NCBI RefSeq assembly: GCF_046119375.1
Contig: NW_027362767.1
Coordinates: 42,160,001-42,224,000 of the forward strand
DNA length: 64,000 bases
Source: Phyllobates terribilis
Taxonomy: Eukaryota
Direction of reading: 5' to 3'
Shown here piece by piece: positions 1 through 13,909 of the stretch. Every line of letters begins with the position of its first letter. Position 1 is the stretch's first letter. Under the pieces are notes generated by a model. It was not told the DNA's origin and did not search any database. It was given only the letters and a program-made list of their open reading frames with translations. The translations under genes were made by a program, and so were the position numbers.

Positions 1-2369
1 TTGGCACTTGTTTCTGGAAAATTCTTCGTGCTCTAACCGACGGCTTAATGCCTTTATTACTGTTATTGCTAAGGTCAATGATCAATCAGGGCTTCCGGTA
101 TTTATAGGGTTAAAGCCTATTTTGGGGATTTTTTTTTTAGATGTTTATGGAAAGCTGACAACCTAGGGCGAGGGTTGTCAGACAGCTTTCCTACAGCCTG
201 CAAATATTACAGAACGTTTCCATTGTAGCAGTGTGTGAGTTATAGTGCCAGTCGGTGTGCCCACCCCATAGCGGTGCCAGTCTGAGTGAAGGACGGGCGT
301 AAGTTGGTTGGCATCTTGGCTATCATCATCTATATTGTGCTCAAATAACCCAGTCCAATCAATAAACTAGAGAATGGTGCTCAGGACGTGTGCTTGCCCA
401 CCATAGTACCAGGTGATGTGCCATGTGCAGCCTTAGTCATGTGCCCCCGTATACAGTAATTCACCCTGATTTCAGTCCAGTGCCCGCTGTCCTTCCCTGT
501 ACAGGGGTCAATCACAATGTGCCAGTCACAGAGAGCCCCTATATATACAATGTGCCCGCAGTACATGCCACTCACAATTTGCACCTTTTTCATACTTTGT
601 GAAGGTGGCATCCCAGTAGAGGCCGATCTGGACGCCCCACCGGAGATGTTCTGCACTGACCATGCCCCTTTTATAGTCCACTCTTCTCCATGACAGTTTC
701 CACCCTCAATATCCCTATTTTACACCCCTCAATGTTTGGAGATTTGGAGACTCTTCAGGAGTCCGGTTGGCCTCCCCCCTTTTTCAGGATGTTCCTTGTG
801 AATTGGTTAATATGGCCTGAATGTGAATGCGTCTTTCATGCTGTGCCGGCCATATTATGGGTTGCCCAGGCTAATTTAAGTGGGCTGCAATACCGTACAC
901 AACCTATGGACAAGAGTGGCGCTGTTATGAAAAAAAAAAAATCCAATCTTAAACAACCCCTTTCAGATCTCATTTTGGGCTGTGACTTTACATGATAAAA
1001 GTTTGTCAGGTCCCATTAATGCTGAAAAGGAGGAATTTTAGGCTCTGTATGATCTGTAATAAATACTAGTGTGGTCCCCGTTACTCGCCGGGCCCCAGTA
1101 AATGCTGATATCACATTGGTATTATTCTTCATTATACCAGACTCATCCGGGGACGGTGCACAGTTTGGCGGATACATAAATAACGTAAATGAAATGCGCC
1201 CCTTTGGCCTGGAGTCTTCTAGTGATTGGGGATCCGCGTTATTCCAGGCGGACGGCTCTACGCCTGCTTTTGCTTTTAGGCTCCAGTCTGCTGGCCGCAT
1301 TATCCGGCACGACGGCAGCTACTGCATTAATCAGACCTACAGGAGCGCTCACGTGACTCTGTCTCTCTTTTCTGCTGGGTAGAGCAGAGGCTGCCGGAGC
1401 CGTCCGTGCCCCTGAATTTTGCGCACCCTTCCTCCATTCTCATGTCATTCCCGAAATGCTCAGCATCCTGACAATGCAGCAGCCCTGGATGTGACCCTCA
1501 GATCTGCTGCAAACCTGCACCCCCCCCTAGGTCCAAGGGGGGAGAGGAGCTGCACAGGCCATGAATGCCGTGGATGATTTCAGGTAGGACATCACAGCAG
1601 AGGAATCTTTATATACCGTATATAGTTTTTTTCTGCCGATCTTCCCTCTTTCTTCTGTATTATTATTACCGTCACATCGGTTTTTAGTATGTTTTTTAGG
1701 TTTTCTCTTCATTCTCGTCTATGGACCGATCATATAAAGATGGCTGCATGCAGGGACATGGCTGACGATTAATTATTTGAAAGGGGAAGAGCTGTTTATA
1801 TTGATTATGTATTTTTTTTTTTTTTATTTGTTTCTTTTTTCCAGTATTGTTACTTATACAGTGAAATTCCTTTAATCCAGTATCTGATTGTCTGGCATTA
1901 ATTGATGATCAATTGGCATTAGACCAGAAAGAGAAAATTAATGTACGGAGCCAAAAAAAGCATGAGAAAACCCCTGTAATTCTGATTGATCCACAGATCA
2001 CATAGTACAACAATGAACGACCCTTCAGAATTTCCTTACAATCAGACTTTCTTCCACCTATAAACCCCCTGCTCGCTCAGTGAGCCCGGAGTTACCCCAA
2101 AACTGGTTAAAGAGCCTCTTTTTGTAACAAATTTGCATAGAGCTGCTCCTTTGTGGTCAAAGAATGGGTTAATTTTATGTATTTCTTTACGACCATCAAG
2201 AATTTAATTAAGACTTTTCCTAGAATTCGATCTGTAAATCTTTTTGTGATGTGATTTTAATCATTTGTACTTTTCCTTGAAAAATAGGGAGGGATTCTTG
2301 ATAACATCCTTGGAGATGTGTGTGAAGGGAGGATGTCCATGTCCCCGAAACGGAGGCTTCCGCAGCAGC

Positions 2370-3200
2370 GACCCCCATAATGAGACCTTCTACAGCAACT
2401 CTCGTAACAAAACCTTTTTCAGCAACCCTTGTTACTGGACCTTCCACAGTGACCCCCTTAACGGAGACTTTAGTAGCAATCCCCATACCTTCCACAGTGA
2501 CCCCATAACGGAGAGTTCTGCAGCAACCTCTGTAATGGAGCCTTCCACAGTGAACCCTATAACAGAGCCTTCCACAGCAACCCCCCTAATGGTACCTTCC
2601 ACAGTGACCCCATAACGGACACTTCCACAGCGACCCCCAAAATTAAGTCTCCTGCAGTTGCCACCATAACAAAGCCTTCCACAGTGACCCCCGTAACAGA
2701 ACCTTCCACAGCGACCCCCATAATAGAGACTTCCACATCGACTGCCGTAACAAAACCTTCCGTGGCGACCCTGGTAGTGCAGCCTTCCACAGCGACCACC
2801 TGTAATGGATCTTCCCCTTATGACATCCTGCTGCAGCAACCACCTGTAATAGAGACTCTAGAAGTGACCCCCGTAACGGAGCTTCCGCAGCGACCTCCAT
2901 AATAGAGTTTTCAGCAGCGACCCCCAAAGTGAAGTCTTCAGTGGCGACCCCGGCAGCGCAGCTTTCCCACCAACTACTTGTAATGCATCCACCCCCAATG
3001 ACCCCCATACCAGAGCCTTCTGTAGCGCCCCCATATCAGATCCTGCCACAATGTTACAACACTAGAGATAGCCAAGTGCCCCACTCATAATATTCAGCCT
3101 GCTTGCCACCACAAAAAATACTTCCACAGTGCCCCCATTATGAAGCTTTCCACAATACCCCCATAACTGAACCACCATCCTACAATGTAGTCATAGAAGA
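2370..3200. repeat. Degenerate ~27-bp minisatellite (ccttccacagtgacccccataacggag-like)
   Basis: Recurrent CCTTCCACAG(T/C)GACCCCC motif. Gives T/P/S-rich pseudo-ORFs broken by frameshifts. Confidence 0.75.
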
Positions 3201-4084
3201 AGCCTGGTGCACTGGCAGAAAGCTGTGACTGCAGCGTGACCGGGGACATCACTGTGCCCTACAGACTGGCACCACCTAGGTTACATATGGCACAGGATAA
3301 GACCTTACGCTTTAGAGGACGGGCACAGATAAGGCCCCTGGAGGGCATTTTGCAGAGATTACAGGTGACGTGACATAAGTCTGCTCCTGTAGACCCTCCT
3401 GGTGCCCAGTATTGACCCTGATCACGTTGCAGGCAGCGCTGGCGTTCCTCAGCAGGCACATACCCTGGAAACCTGATCTGTAACATCCAGGAGAAATGCG
3501 CCTGCTCCTAAAATTAGCACTTACTCCGTACATATCCTGGGCACAGTTAAAGGGATTCTGCATGGTGGGTGGACGAGCACCTTAACTAATATCTTATTCT
3601 GTAAGGGTCCCCGAATTAGCATTACCTCTCCACCAATGGATAAGGGGGACCCCCACAACATTACAATATACCATTATTATTATGTCTCTCTGTATTTACT
3701 GCGAGCAAATACCTTTAATCCGGTAGTCTGGAAATTCTGATTGTCCAATAATCCAGAATATTTGGCCTGTTCTTGCCAGATTAGAGGATTTTTACACTTT
3801 GATATAAAATGAAGGAGAATGATAGAAGCAGAGTAGGGAGTTCCAGGATGATGAGAGTTAGCATCTCTGGATGGATTGTGCTGGAAGGCGGCGGAGGATG
3901 GGGATAATAGCGGATAAATCCGCTGTGTTACAAGACAGAGGCGGCTGACTGATACACAGGAAACTATAATGAGGCAGAGGGGGGACTGTGATATTTTAGG
4001 ATGCAGCTAGGAATGGTGCAGTGCACGGAGGATGCTTAATTAACGCAGATAACAGACTGCGTGGGGGAGGGGTGACATATCACT

Positions 4085-5448
4085 TTGCATTATTTGTATA
4101 CAGACGCTGCTCTATGACCTTATTGGTGAGTGCAGCATTGGAAAAACATGGTTGTTTAATTCCATAAACAGCGCCACAGTTGTCAGCAGGCTGTATGTGG
4201 TACTGCAGTACAGCCTCGTTAACTGCAGCGACAGGAATAATTGTAAAGAAGTAGCATAATTCCAGACAAATCAAGTTTAATCAATTTCACATTCTGCTTT
4301 CTGTTTGTGAATCATCCTTCTTGTATAGACCTAATACTTCTCACAGCTGAGGGTTTCTACAATTGTATCCAGCCTAGACAATGCTCTGTGAGCTAAGGAG
4401 CCTGCTCTGGAGAATAATGCATTTTACTTGCACTGAAACATTGTAACAAACTCTCAGGACAGCCGAGAACTGTCGGCTGCTGGTTGTCTACACTGGATAC
4501 AATCGGATCCCTTAGCTGTGAGATGTATTGAAGGGTATAATGTGTATTATTTAATTATTGATCAGTTTACGTAACGTTAGGGATCTTTGTAATATACTCT
4601 ATTACCTTATGTTGCTTCCTTCTCTATTAAAACACCATACTGAACATGCTGCATTTACTGCCTAATTCATGCTCTTTTGGAACTGCTTTGAACTGCTGCT
4701 CTAGCAAGATTTCATACTCACACACTATTTACAAACTCGCTCCCCTTGTGAGCGTCTCCGCTCCCCTACCACTTGATCAGAAAGTGAGAATGTTTTTAAA
4801 TAGTGTTTGAGTACAGATTTCTGCTAGAACAGCAGTTCAAAGCAGCTTCTAAAAGGACTTGTACAAGGCAGTAAAACAGCACTTTCAGCATGGTGTTTGA
4901 GATAGAAGGAAGTAAAGTAAGATAATGGAGTATATTCATTATGATGCGAAAACTAATCAATAACTAAATAAAAGAAACTATAGTAGCACTTTAATGCATC
5001 TCATAGCTAAGGGATCTGATTGTATCCAGTGTAGACAATCAGCAACCAACAGTCTCTGCTGTCCGGAGAGTTTGTTACAATGTATCAATGCAAGTAAAAT
5101 GCATTATTCTGCAGACCAGGCTGTTTAACTCATGGAGCATTGTCTAGATTGGATACAATTGTGGCAAACCCTCAGTAGTGAGAAATATTAGGTCTATATG
5201 GTGGGCAAATTCACTGGCAACAAGCAGGGTGTGCAATTAAACCGCAGGTTGATGAAACTTGGTTTGTCTGGAATTATGCTAATTCTTTACAATTTTTCCT
5301 ACCACTGCAGTAAACGAGACTGATCTGCAATACCACATACAACTTGCCGACAACTGTGGCGCTGTTTATGGAATTACACAGCTATGTTTTTCCAATGCTG
5401 CACTCAGTGATACGGTCATAGAGCAGCGTCTGTACGCAAATAATGCAA
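4085..5448. repeat. Old ~1.4-kb imperfect inverted repeat (three-block arms) with an extra direct copy of the inner block at ~5453-5575
   Basis: 4085-4290 is the reverse complement of 5250-5448, 4325-4530 of 4993-5200, and 4595-4715 of 4815-4940. Confidence 0.85.
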
Positions 5449-6539
5449 TAATACAGATTTCTGCTAGAGCAGCAGTTCAAAGTAGCTTCTAAAAGGACGT
5501 GTATAAGGCAGTAAAATAGCACTTTCAGCATTGTGTTTGAGAGAGAAGGAAGTAAAGTAAGATAATGAAGTATATTACAAACATTCATCATTTTACCAAG
5601 GCCGATAAATGGTGAAATAAAAAAGATGAACTACTTTATAGCAGAGGACAGGTGATGGAATATCCCAACAAAACTAGATTATTAATACTCCTGCTAGAAA
5701 ATATCCTTCTTAAAAGTTAAAACCTCCTGTTAATCCAGAATCCAATAAAATAGCAAGGCTGAAATCCTGTCCTAGGTTTCACAGCTGGGGGTTTGTTACA
5801 ATTGTATCCAGTAGAAATCTCCATCCAGTTGTCCCTTCTAGTTTACTACAAAGTATCAGTGTAGGTAAAATGTATCAGTCTGGAGTCTAGGGAGGTGTTC
5901 TCACTGGAGACAATTGTAACAAACCTGCAGCTGTGAGATAGGGTTTAGGTTCTCAGCCACTGATATTTTGCTGTATTGCTGGATTTACAGGAGTTTAGAG
6001 TCTTCCTATTCTAGATTATTGGAATTCTGCTGAGTTGTTGGATCTCGAGAGCCGCAGAATTGAGCGATTTCACAGTGCGGAGCCGCAGAGCTTCTCTGTC
6101 ATTATGTCTCAGAATAGCTGCAGCCATTTTTAATAATTAATCTCTAACTTCCTCTTCTTTAGAATTCATCAAGGAGTAATGAATTATTTTTATATTCTGC
6201 TGGTATATTCATATACTTAAAGGAATTCTCCACCCAGAAGTGATTTACTGCTGTCCTGTTATTATACAGATTGTCAGTTTGGGCCAGAGCGTTCCTTTAA
6301 GATCTAATTTAATACAATGTTATACTATACTCGCCAATCCCCCCAGAATGTGTGGGAGAAAAAAGGGGGAAACCTCCCAAAAGTCCACAAATATCCCGAT
6401 TCTGCATCCTCTGCTCCGTCTCCTCTCCCTGATCCCGGACGCCTCCTCACCCCCAGATCCCACTGCAGATAGGACTCCACGGATCAGGGGGACGTGGCGA
6501 TTTACATGTCTGCATTAAGAGGGAGTGTAATATGGTGTC

Positions 6540-7470
6540 AGTATATAATTGATGCGTATGGTCTGGGGTCTGTGTTTAAGGGGTCTGCATATATTTACGG
6601 GGTCTGTATTAAGAGGGAGTGTCGTATGATGTTTGTATTTGGGGGTTCTGTATTGGGGGTCTGTATTTATTTTAGAGGGTGGTCTGGGAGTCTTTATTTT
6701 GGAGGTCTGGCTTTGGATCTGAATTTCTTTACGGGATTTAGTCTGGGGTCTGTATTTATTTTGGGGACTGGTCTGGGTTCTGTATTTAAGGAGTATGGGG
6801 GTCAGAATTTAGGGGGCCTGGTCTGAGATTTTTATATATTTTTGGGGTCTGGTCTGGGATCTGTATCTTCTTAGGGGGTCTGAGGTCTGTATTAATTTAG
6901 GGAACTGCTCTGGGGTCTGTTTTTTAGGGGTCTGGTGTCAGTATTTATGGGGTCTTGTCTGAGATTTGTATATATTTTGGTGGTCTGGGGTCTGTATCTT
7001 AGGGGGTCTGGGTTTGTATTTATTTATTGGTCTGTTGTTCTGGGGGTCTTTATTTTGGGGGTCTGACCTTGGATCTGTATTTTTTACAGAATCTGCTCTG
7101 AGGTCTGTATTTCTTTAGGGTTCTGGTCTGGGGTCTGTATTAGTGTCGAGGGTCTTGTGTATGTATTTCTTTAGGGGTAATAGCCTGGTGTCCATATTTA
7201 TTTAGACCGTCTGTTCTGGGTTATGTATGTATTTAGGGGTCATCTCTTGGGGGCGAGGTTTGGTATTTTTTTGGTGATCTTTTCAAGGGTCTGCATTTGT
7301 TTAGGAGGTCTGGACTGGGGATCGAGTGGTTATTAAGGGGTTCTGGTTTGGGATATTAACTATGTGTAGGATGTGTACTTGTTTTGGATTCTGGTCAGGG
7401 GTCTCCGGAGGGACAGTATTTGGTTAGGTGGTCTGGGATCTGTATTAGTTTATGGGGTCTGTATTCTTTT
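6540..7470. repeat. Degenerate GGGGTCTG/TATTT-rich tandem repeat
   Basis: Many ggggtctg(g)tctggggtctgtattt variants. The reverse-complement version occurs at ~25430-25880. Confidence 0.7.
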
Positions 7471-10308
7471 TCGCTGAATATAGGCTGAGTGAATGTCCTA
7501 TACACATGGCCGGGGTATAATGCTAATGATTGTGCACAGATCTCCGCTTGCTTTCAGTGAATATGAAAAGAAGTAAAGATATAAGATTATTAGACTTTTC
7601 GGACTATCAGATGCCGGATTAATGGAACTTCGCTGTACTGGGAAGTGAAGATTTGCTATAGGGGTGTTCAGGACTGTTGTCAGGCTTTATGCTATAATTG
7701 ATGTCAGGTGCATATCTGTATCTGGGAAAAGCTGGGTGGCAGGTAATATGGCCACCATGACAGCTGACGTGCCTTTTGGGATGTAGGAAAGCGGAGTTGC
7801 TGCCATGATAGTTTACAGCGTTGCCACTGAGTTTTCTCAACTCTGCATACTTTGTCTGATCTACCATTCAGGGACCCAGGAAAGCGGTGTTACTACCAAT
7901 ATGACGATGGAGACCGCTCACATAGTGTCATCACAAGAGAACGAGAGTGAGAGGAGATGGAGAAAAAGGGCTAGTTCTTCTGTGCAGGAGACTAATTGCT
8001 GAATAATGTGTCTGATCCACCCCGGAAAGCTGGATATAACCAATATGGCTCACAAAGTTTTACAATATGGCTCACTCAGCTTTCTTATACCAGAATGAAC
8101 AAGCTGCATGACTTGGCTACTCCGCCGTTCAGGAATTTGGGAAAGATAATTTGCAACCATTATGGCTGCCGAGACAATTCACAGGGAGTTCACTCAGCTT
8201 TCTCAGGATCGATATAGTAATTCCGGATGAACCGCTGCACAACTAGATTGATCTCCATTCAGGGATCTAGCGAAGATCGATGACATCCAATATGTCCTTT
8301 GTTATCATTCAGCTTTCTCAGTATTACTTGGCTGATCTGCCATTCAGAGTCCTGGGAAAGCTGAGTTAAAACTAATATGGGCACCGTGACAGCTCCCACA
8401 AGGTTAATAATTAGGCTGGCGTGGGAATGACAGTTAACAAGGTTGGCACTCAGCTTTCTGTAGGAGATAATCAGCTGGATGTCTGGACTGATCTGCCTTT
8501 CAGGGTCCTGGGAAAGCTTAATATAAGCAATTAAACATCTGAGTAAAATATTCTGTCTCCTATTGCTATTTCAAGGGGAAATTCTGTTTGATGAATTCCT
8601 TACATTTCCCCTGACTACTCCCCCCATCCTCTCCTCCCCCCATATCTGATATAACACTGTCTCTATGATTCATTGAAGCTGTGGCAGAGAAAGGACTTAT
8701 TTGGGAATGAAGCTTCTCCTGGATCCCAGAAATCTGTAATGTGCTGTGACAAACACATGCTGCAAATTCTTTCCTTGTGAGAATCGCGGCCAGCTGTTTA
8801 CATGTGCGGGATCCATGTACTGATCACTACACACCAACCAGTCCAGCTCTGCTACATCTTCACACCTTGGATGAGGAAGAGTTCTGCAACTTTCTAATAT
8901 ACTTTGCCTATAAACACCTCCCCATCTCTGCTTGCGGTCAGGAAACTAGAAGATTATTGTTTCCTTCCAGACCCACAGCTGAGGGTTTGTTACAATGTAT
9001 CCTGTCTAGGTAAATCCCTGTGACCTGCACTGATACATTGTAACTAATCAGTAAATCAGTGCACAGAATAAATTAGTTCTGCTGGTACCATTAGTTTAGG
9101 ATTTTCTAGAATCGCATCAGTCTTTAGTCATTGGAGCTGGTTGATCAGGTTGGAATAGCAGTTGTCTTATTGTCTGACTGTCAGGTCTTTCTCCTGTCCT
9201 GATAGTTCGTTACAATGTATCAGCGCAGGTACATTGTATCCATGTTGACTGCCTGCAATTGAAGCAGACTCTTTGCTAAGAGAAGGATTGAAATAAAATG
9301 TTCTATTCACTGACAGCAAGCAGAAAAGGGTAAGGAAATGAAACAAAAAGAGGGGAGGGCCAGTCTTAAACTAAAGTGCACTGGAGTACAATGAGTTTTC
9401 CCATTTAAAAAAAAAAAAAAAGTTGTGAAAACTTTTCCTGATCCCCCTCCAACATTTTCTGGCACCAGAAGCCATGCAGAGAGTTAAATAGTATAATTGT
9501 TTATCCTTTCAGCTGCCACTAGAGGGAGCTAAGTGCATACTGATGAATACAGCTGGCATGATAGTATTTCAGTGCTATGAGCTCCCTCTAGTGGCGTACA
9601 CAGGCATACAGCATGGAAGCCTCCACTGTACGTACTGACTTGCTATAATTCTGCCCCTTGTCTCCAGCGCTGTACCTGCAACATTATAACTTTATATAAA
9701 TGGTGCTTGTAAAAGTTAGTTTCATTAAACTATTTGAAGGCTACTATATGGCAGTATTATGTGGGCACTGTATGATACTATTATTTAGAAATTTATGGCA
9801 GTTGTATGTCAGTACTATTTAACAGGAGGATAGTGTTATTTAGGCATTATACCCTATAGATGATCTCTGCTTGTCTCTTTTTTTTTAAACTACTGTTTGT
9901 AAGTATTATGTGGCCACTAAACAGTGGAGAGAGAGTGGCAGTATGATGTGGCCACTGTATAATACTTTTATTTAAGTACTTTATGGCAATGTTAAATATT
10001 AAAGAGCTTATCTGGTGTCTCTCCTTTCTGCAGCAGGAGGCGAGAGGCACTACTGACATGCCAGGATTGTTTTAGGGGTGGCAGTATTATGTGGTGAATG
10101 TATGATAATATTATTTAGGAATTTATGACGGTATTATGATGGTATTATATTGCAGTATTACAGAGGATACTGTTATTCAGGGACTTTAGACGATCCTTGT
10201 TGCCTAATATTTAACCACTGTCTATTCCTATTATGTGACCACTATATGGCACTATTATGTCGAAAGTGTATAGCGCTATAATGTGGCACCGTATGGTACT
10301 TTTATTTA

Positions 10309-10444
10309 CAGTGGCATGTAAAAGTTTGGGCACCCCTGGTCAAAATTACTGTTATTGTGAACAGTTAAGCAAGTTGAAGATGAAATGATCTATAAACAGT
10401 CTAACGTTAAAGATGACACATTTCCTTTGTATTTTAGGCAAACA

Positions 10445-10505
<61 letters not shown>

Positions 10506-11972
10506 TTTTTTTCATCCTTTACATTTTAAAATTTACGAAAAGGAAAATGGGCCAGTGCAAAAGTTTGGGCAACCTGCATAGTTAGTGCCTAGTCGCGCCC
10601 ACTTTTGGAAGTATCACAGCTTGTAAATGCTTTTTGTAGCCAGACAAGAGTCTTTCAATTCTTGTTTGAGGGATTTTCATCCATTCTTCCTTGGACAATT
10701 CTTCCAGTTCTGTGAGATTCCTGGGGCGTCTTGCATGCACTGCTATTTTGAGGTCTAGCCACAAATTTTCAATGATGTTCAGATCAGGGGACTGTGAGGG
10801 CCATTGTAAAACTTTTAGTTTGCGCATTTTGAGGTCATCAAACGTTGATTTTGACGTGTGTTTAGGATCATTATCCATTTGTAGAAGCCATCCTCTTTTC
10901 AACTTCAGCTTTTTTACAGATGGTGTTATGTTTGTATTAAGAATCTGTTGAAATTTCATTGAATCCATTCTTCCCTCTACCTGTGAAATGTTCCCCGTGC
11001 CATTGGCTGCAATACAACCCCAAAGCATAATTGATCCACCCCCATGCTTAATGGTTGGCGAGATGTTCTTTTCCTGAAATTCTGTGCCCTTTTTTTCTCC
11101 ACACATACCTTTGTTCATTATGGCCAAAGAGTTCTATTATAACCTCATCGGTCCACAGGAATTGTTTCCAAAACGCATCAGGCTTGTTCAGATGTTCTTT
11201 TGCGGCTAAATTTTATGGTGAGGATACAGGAGAGGTTTTCTTCTGATGACTCTTTCATGAAGGCCATATTTGTGCAGGTGTCGCTGAACAGTAGAGCAAT
11301 GTGCCACAACTCCAGAGTCTGCTAAATCTTTCTGAAGGTCTTTTGCAGTTAAGCGGGGGTTCTGATTTGCCTTTCTCGCAATACTACGAGCAGCTCTCAC
11401 TGAAATTTTGCTTGGTCTACCAGACTTTATCTTGACCTCCACTGTTCCTGATAACTGTCATTTGTTAAATACATTTCTAACTGAGGAAAGGGCAACTTGA
11501 AAACGCTTTGCTATCTTCTTTTAGCCTTCTCCTGCTTTGTGGGCCTCCACCATTTTCATTTTCGGAGTGCTAGGCAGCTGCTTAGAAGAACCCATGGCTG
11601 CTGTTTTTTGGCACAAGGTTAGAGGAGGCTGGGTTTTTATAAACCTGGGAAATTTGCATCACCTGGCCTTTCCTAACGATGATAGTGAACAAGCCATAAC
11701 CCTAACTGGCTACTTAAGGTCTGAAACCTTGGTCAAAGATATCTGAGCACACAAATCTCCGAGGGGCTCAAACTTTTGTATCGGCCCATTTTCCTTTTTG
11801 TAATTTTTAAAATATAAAAAAATGACAATATATATTATCTTTTTTGCCTAAACTACAAAGGAAATGTGTCATCTTTAACTTTAGGCCTTTTATAGATCAT
11901 TTCATCTTCATGTTGCTTAACCATTCACACAGTAATTTTGACCAGGGGTGCCCAAACTTTTACATGCCACTG
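10309..11972 (-). mobile_element. Tc1/mariner element, full length, inactivated transposase
   Basis: TA TSD at both ends, long TIRs starting CAGTGGCATGTAAAAGTTTGGGCACCCC, inner direct repeats. Transposase runs from ATG 11595 (MGSSKQL...) to 10582 with a stop and frameshifts; it retains QMDNDPKH and [12 protein letters not shown]. Confidence 0.95.
10449..10500. repeat. (TA)26 microsatellite inside a Tc1 TIR
   Basis: Perfect TA run. The other TIR has only a short atatatat at the equivalent position (~11828). Confidence 0.95.
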
Positions 11973-12017
11973 TAAGTACTGTATGGCAATGTTATATGTC
12001 AAAGGGGTTGACTGGGC

Positions 12018-13298
12018 CAGTGGCGTACTTCCAGTGGCGGCTGGCCACGCGACTGCTATGGGGCCCGTGAGCCTGAGGGAAGGCCCGGTGTCAGAGCCCG
12101 CATCAGGCCCCCCTGCATCAGGCCCGCCCCCAAATTGGGGCCCCATCCCCCGTACAGGCAATGCCGCCCCCTCGACCTGTATTCAACTGTATCGCCAGAT
12201 GGCGATACAGTTGAAAGCAATGATGGAGGAGGGAGCGTCATGTGATACTCCCTCTCCCATCATTCCCCCTCTGCATCTGACATCACTTCATCGTGCCATG
12301 CTGGGTCAGGTAGTGGAGTTGACGAGACGCGCTGCAGAGACCGAAGCAGCGGGGGAACGAGGAGCCGTGAGTATTGTATTTTTTTTTTTTGATGAGTGAG
12401 TATGTGGTGCCCATATTACTGGAGGACTGGGGGGGTGCATTTTACCCTTTGGGGGCTATACTATGTCCTATGGGGGCTGCACTATGCCTTATGGAGCCTG
12501 CACTATGCCCTGTGGGGTCTGCATTATACTCTATGGGGGTGCATTATATTGAATGGAGGACCATGGGGGTGCATTATATTGTATGAAGGACCATGGAGGG
12601 TGCATTATATTATATGGAGGATCATGTGGGGTGCATTTTATTGTATGGAGGACCATGGGGGTGCATTATATTGTAATGGAGGACCATGGGGGTGCATTAT
12701 ATTGTATGGTGGACCATGGGGAGGCGCATTATATTATATAGAAGGCTCTGTGGGTCCAGTATAATATTTGGAGGGTTATGTGGGGCCATTATACTGTATG
12801 CAAGCAATTATACAGTGTGAAGGTTTGTGTGGGGTCCATCATACTGTTTGGAGGGCTATTGTGGGCCATTATACAGTGTGGGGCCATTATACTGTATGTA
12901 GGCTCATTATACTGTATGGAGGGCTGTGTGGGGGTCACAGTTGGGGGATCATACTGTGTTGGGGGTCACCATACTTTGTTTCAGGAGTCGAGGTGGGGTA
13001 CAGTAGGGTCATTATACTGTGCATGTGGAGGGTAAAGTAGAGAAATTCACCATGGGGGTATCATACTGTGTTTGTGGGGGGACACTTTTGTTGGCATCAT
13101 ACTTTATGGGGGCAATGAAAGAGGAATCTGGGACTTCAGCAGGAGGAAAATTACTATGTAAGGCTGGAAAGTTGTGAGATATCCTCTCCTGTGACCCTGA
13201 CAATTATTTCATTTTTCTTTTTCTTTTTTTTGGGGTGGGTAGACCGGGCCAGTTAGAACTTCTGCTATGGGGCCCCATGATTTTTATGTACGCCCCTA
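12018..13298. mobile_element. Non-autonomous hAT-type element with internal ~30-bp tandem repeats
   Basis: Termini CAGTGGCGTAC ... GTACGCCCCTA, degenerate 8-bp TSD (gactgggc/gtctggga), internal gggggtgcattatattgtatggaggaccat repeats. Confidence 0.7.
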
Positions 13299-13909
13299 GT
13301 CTGGGAATCTAATATTAATGAGCTATCCTTAGTAACTCCAAGTGAAAACTAAAATCTAGTATTATTTAGCATTGTATGTTGGTATTATGTAAAGATTGAA
13401 CTGCAGAATTATTTGGGAACTATGCAGCATTATTGTGTGGGTTCTGTAGGGGAGTATTATTTGGATACTGCATTTCATTTGGGATATATAGTGATAATAT
13501 CCACTGGCAATATTATCTTGATGGTGTATTGTGCAGTATTTTTGGGGCACTTATATGGTCGTATGGTGGTATTTTATGGGCTGAAATTGTAAAAAAAAAA
13601 GACTACAAGCATTAGTCCTATTTTGTATAAAACCTCTTCCGCCAACATGGCACCTGTTGACCGCATGGTAATGATTGTCATGTTAGGATGGATGGATGAT
13701 ACCTGTTTTGCGTGTCGGGACCTGGCCATTGGCCGGAGAATAAAATGTCAGTGGCGCCTTTCATCTCCTGATGCAGAAGTGGCAGAGGCCGATAACCCCT
13801 TTAAATATCGGTATAGTTATATACAAACTATATGGCACAATTATGTGGTCACTGTATGGCAATGATTTGTTCACTACATAGGACTACTGTGTAGTCATTT
13901 AAAGAGAAT

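Noticed and set aside
149-191. Small hairpin ggaaagctgacaacc...ggttgtcagacagctttcc
   Set aside because: Short, imperfect, and part of the common ggaaagctg repeat family also seen at 7.7-8.5 kb and 45.0-45.6 kb.
1071-3563. Short unique-looking ORFs (1071-1382 +, 3312-3563 -) as exons of a neighbouring gene
   Set aside because: No recognisable domain or similarity to the expected neighbours (EML1, DEGS2), and no clear splice-site pair.
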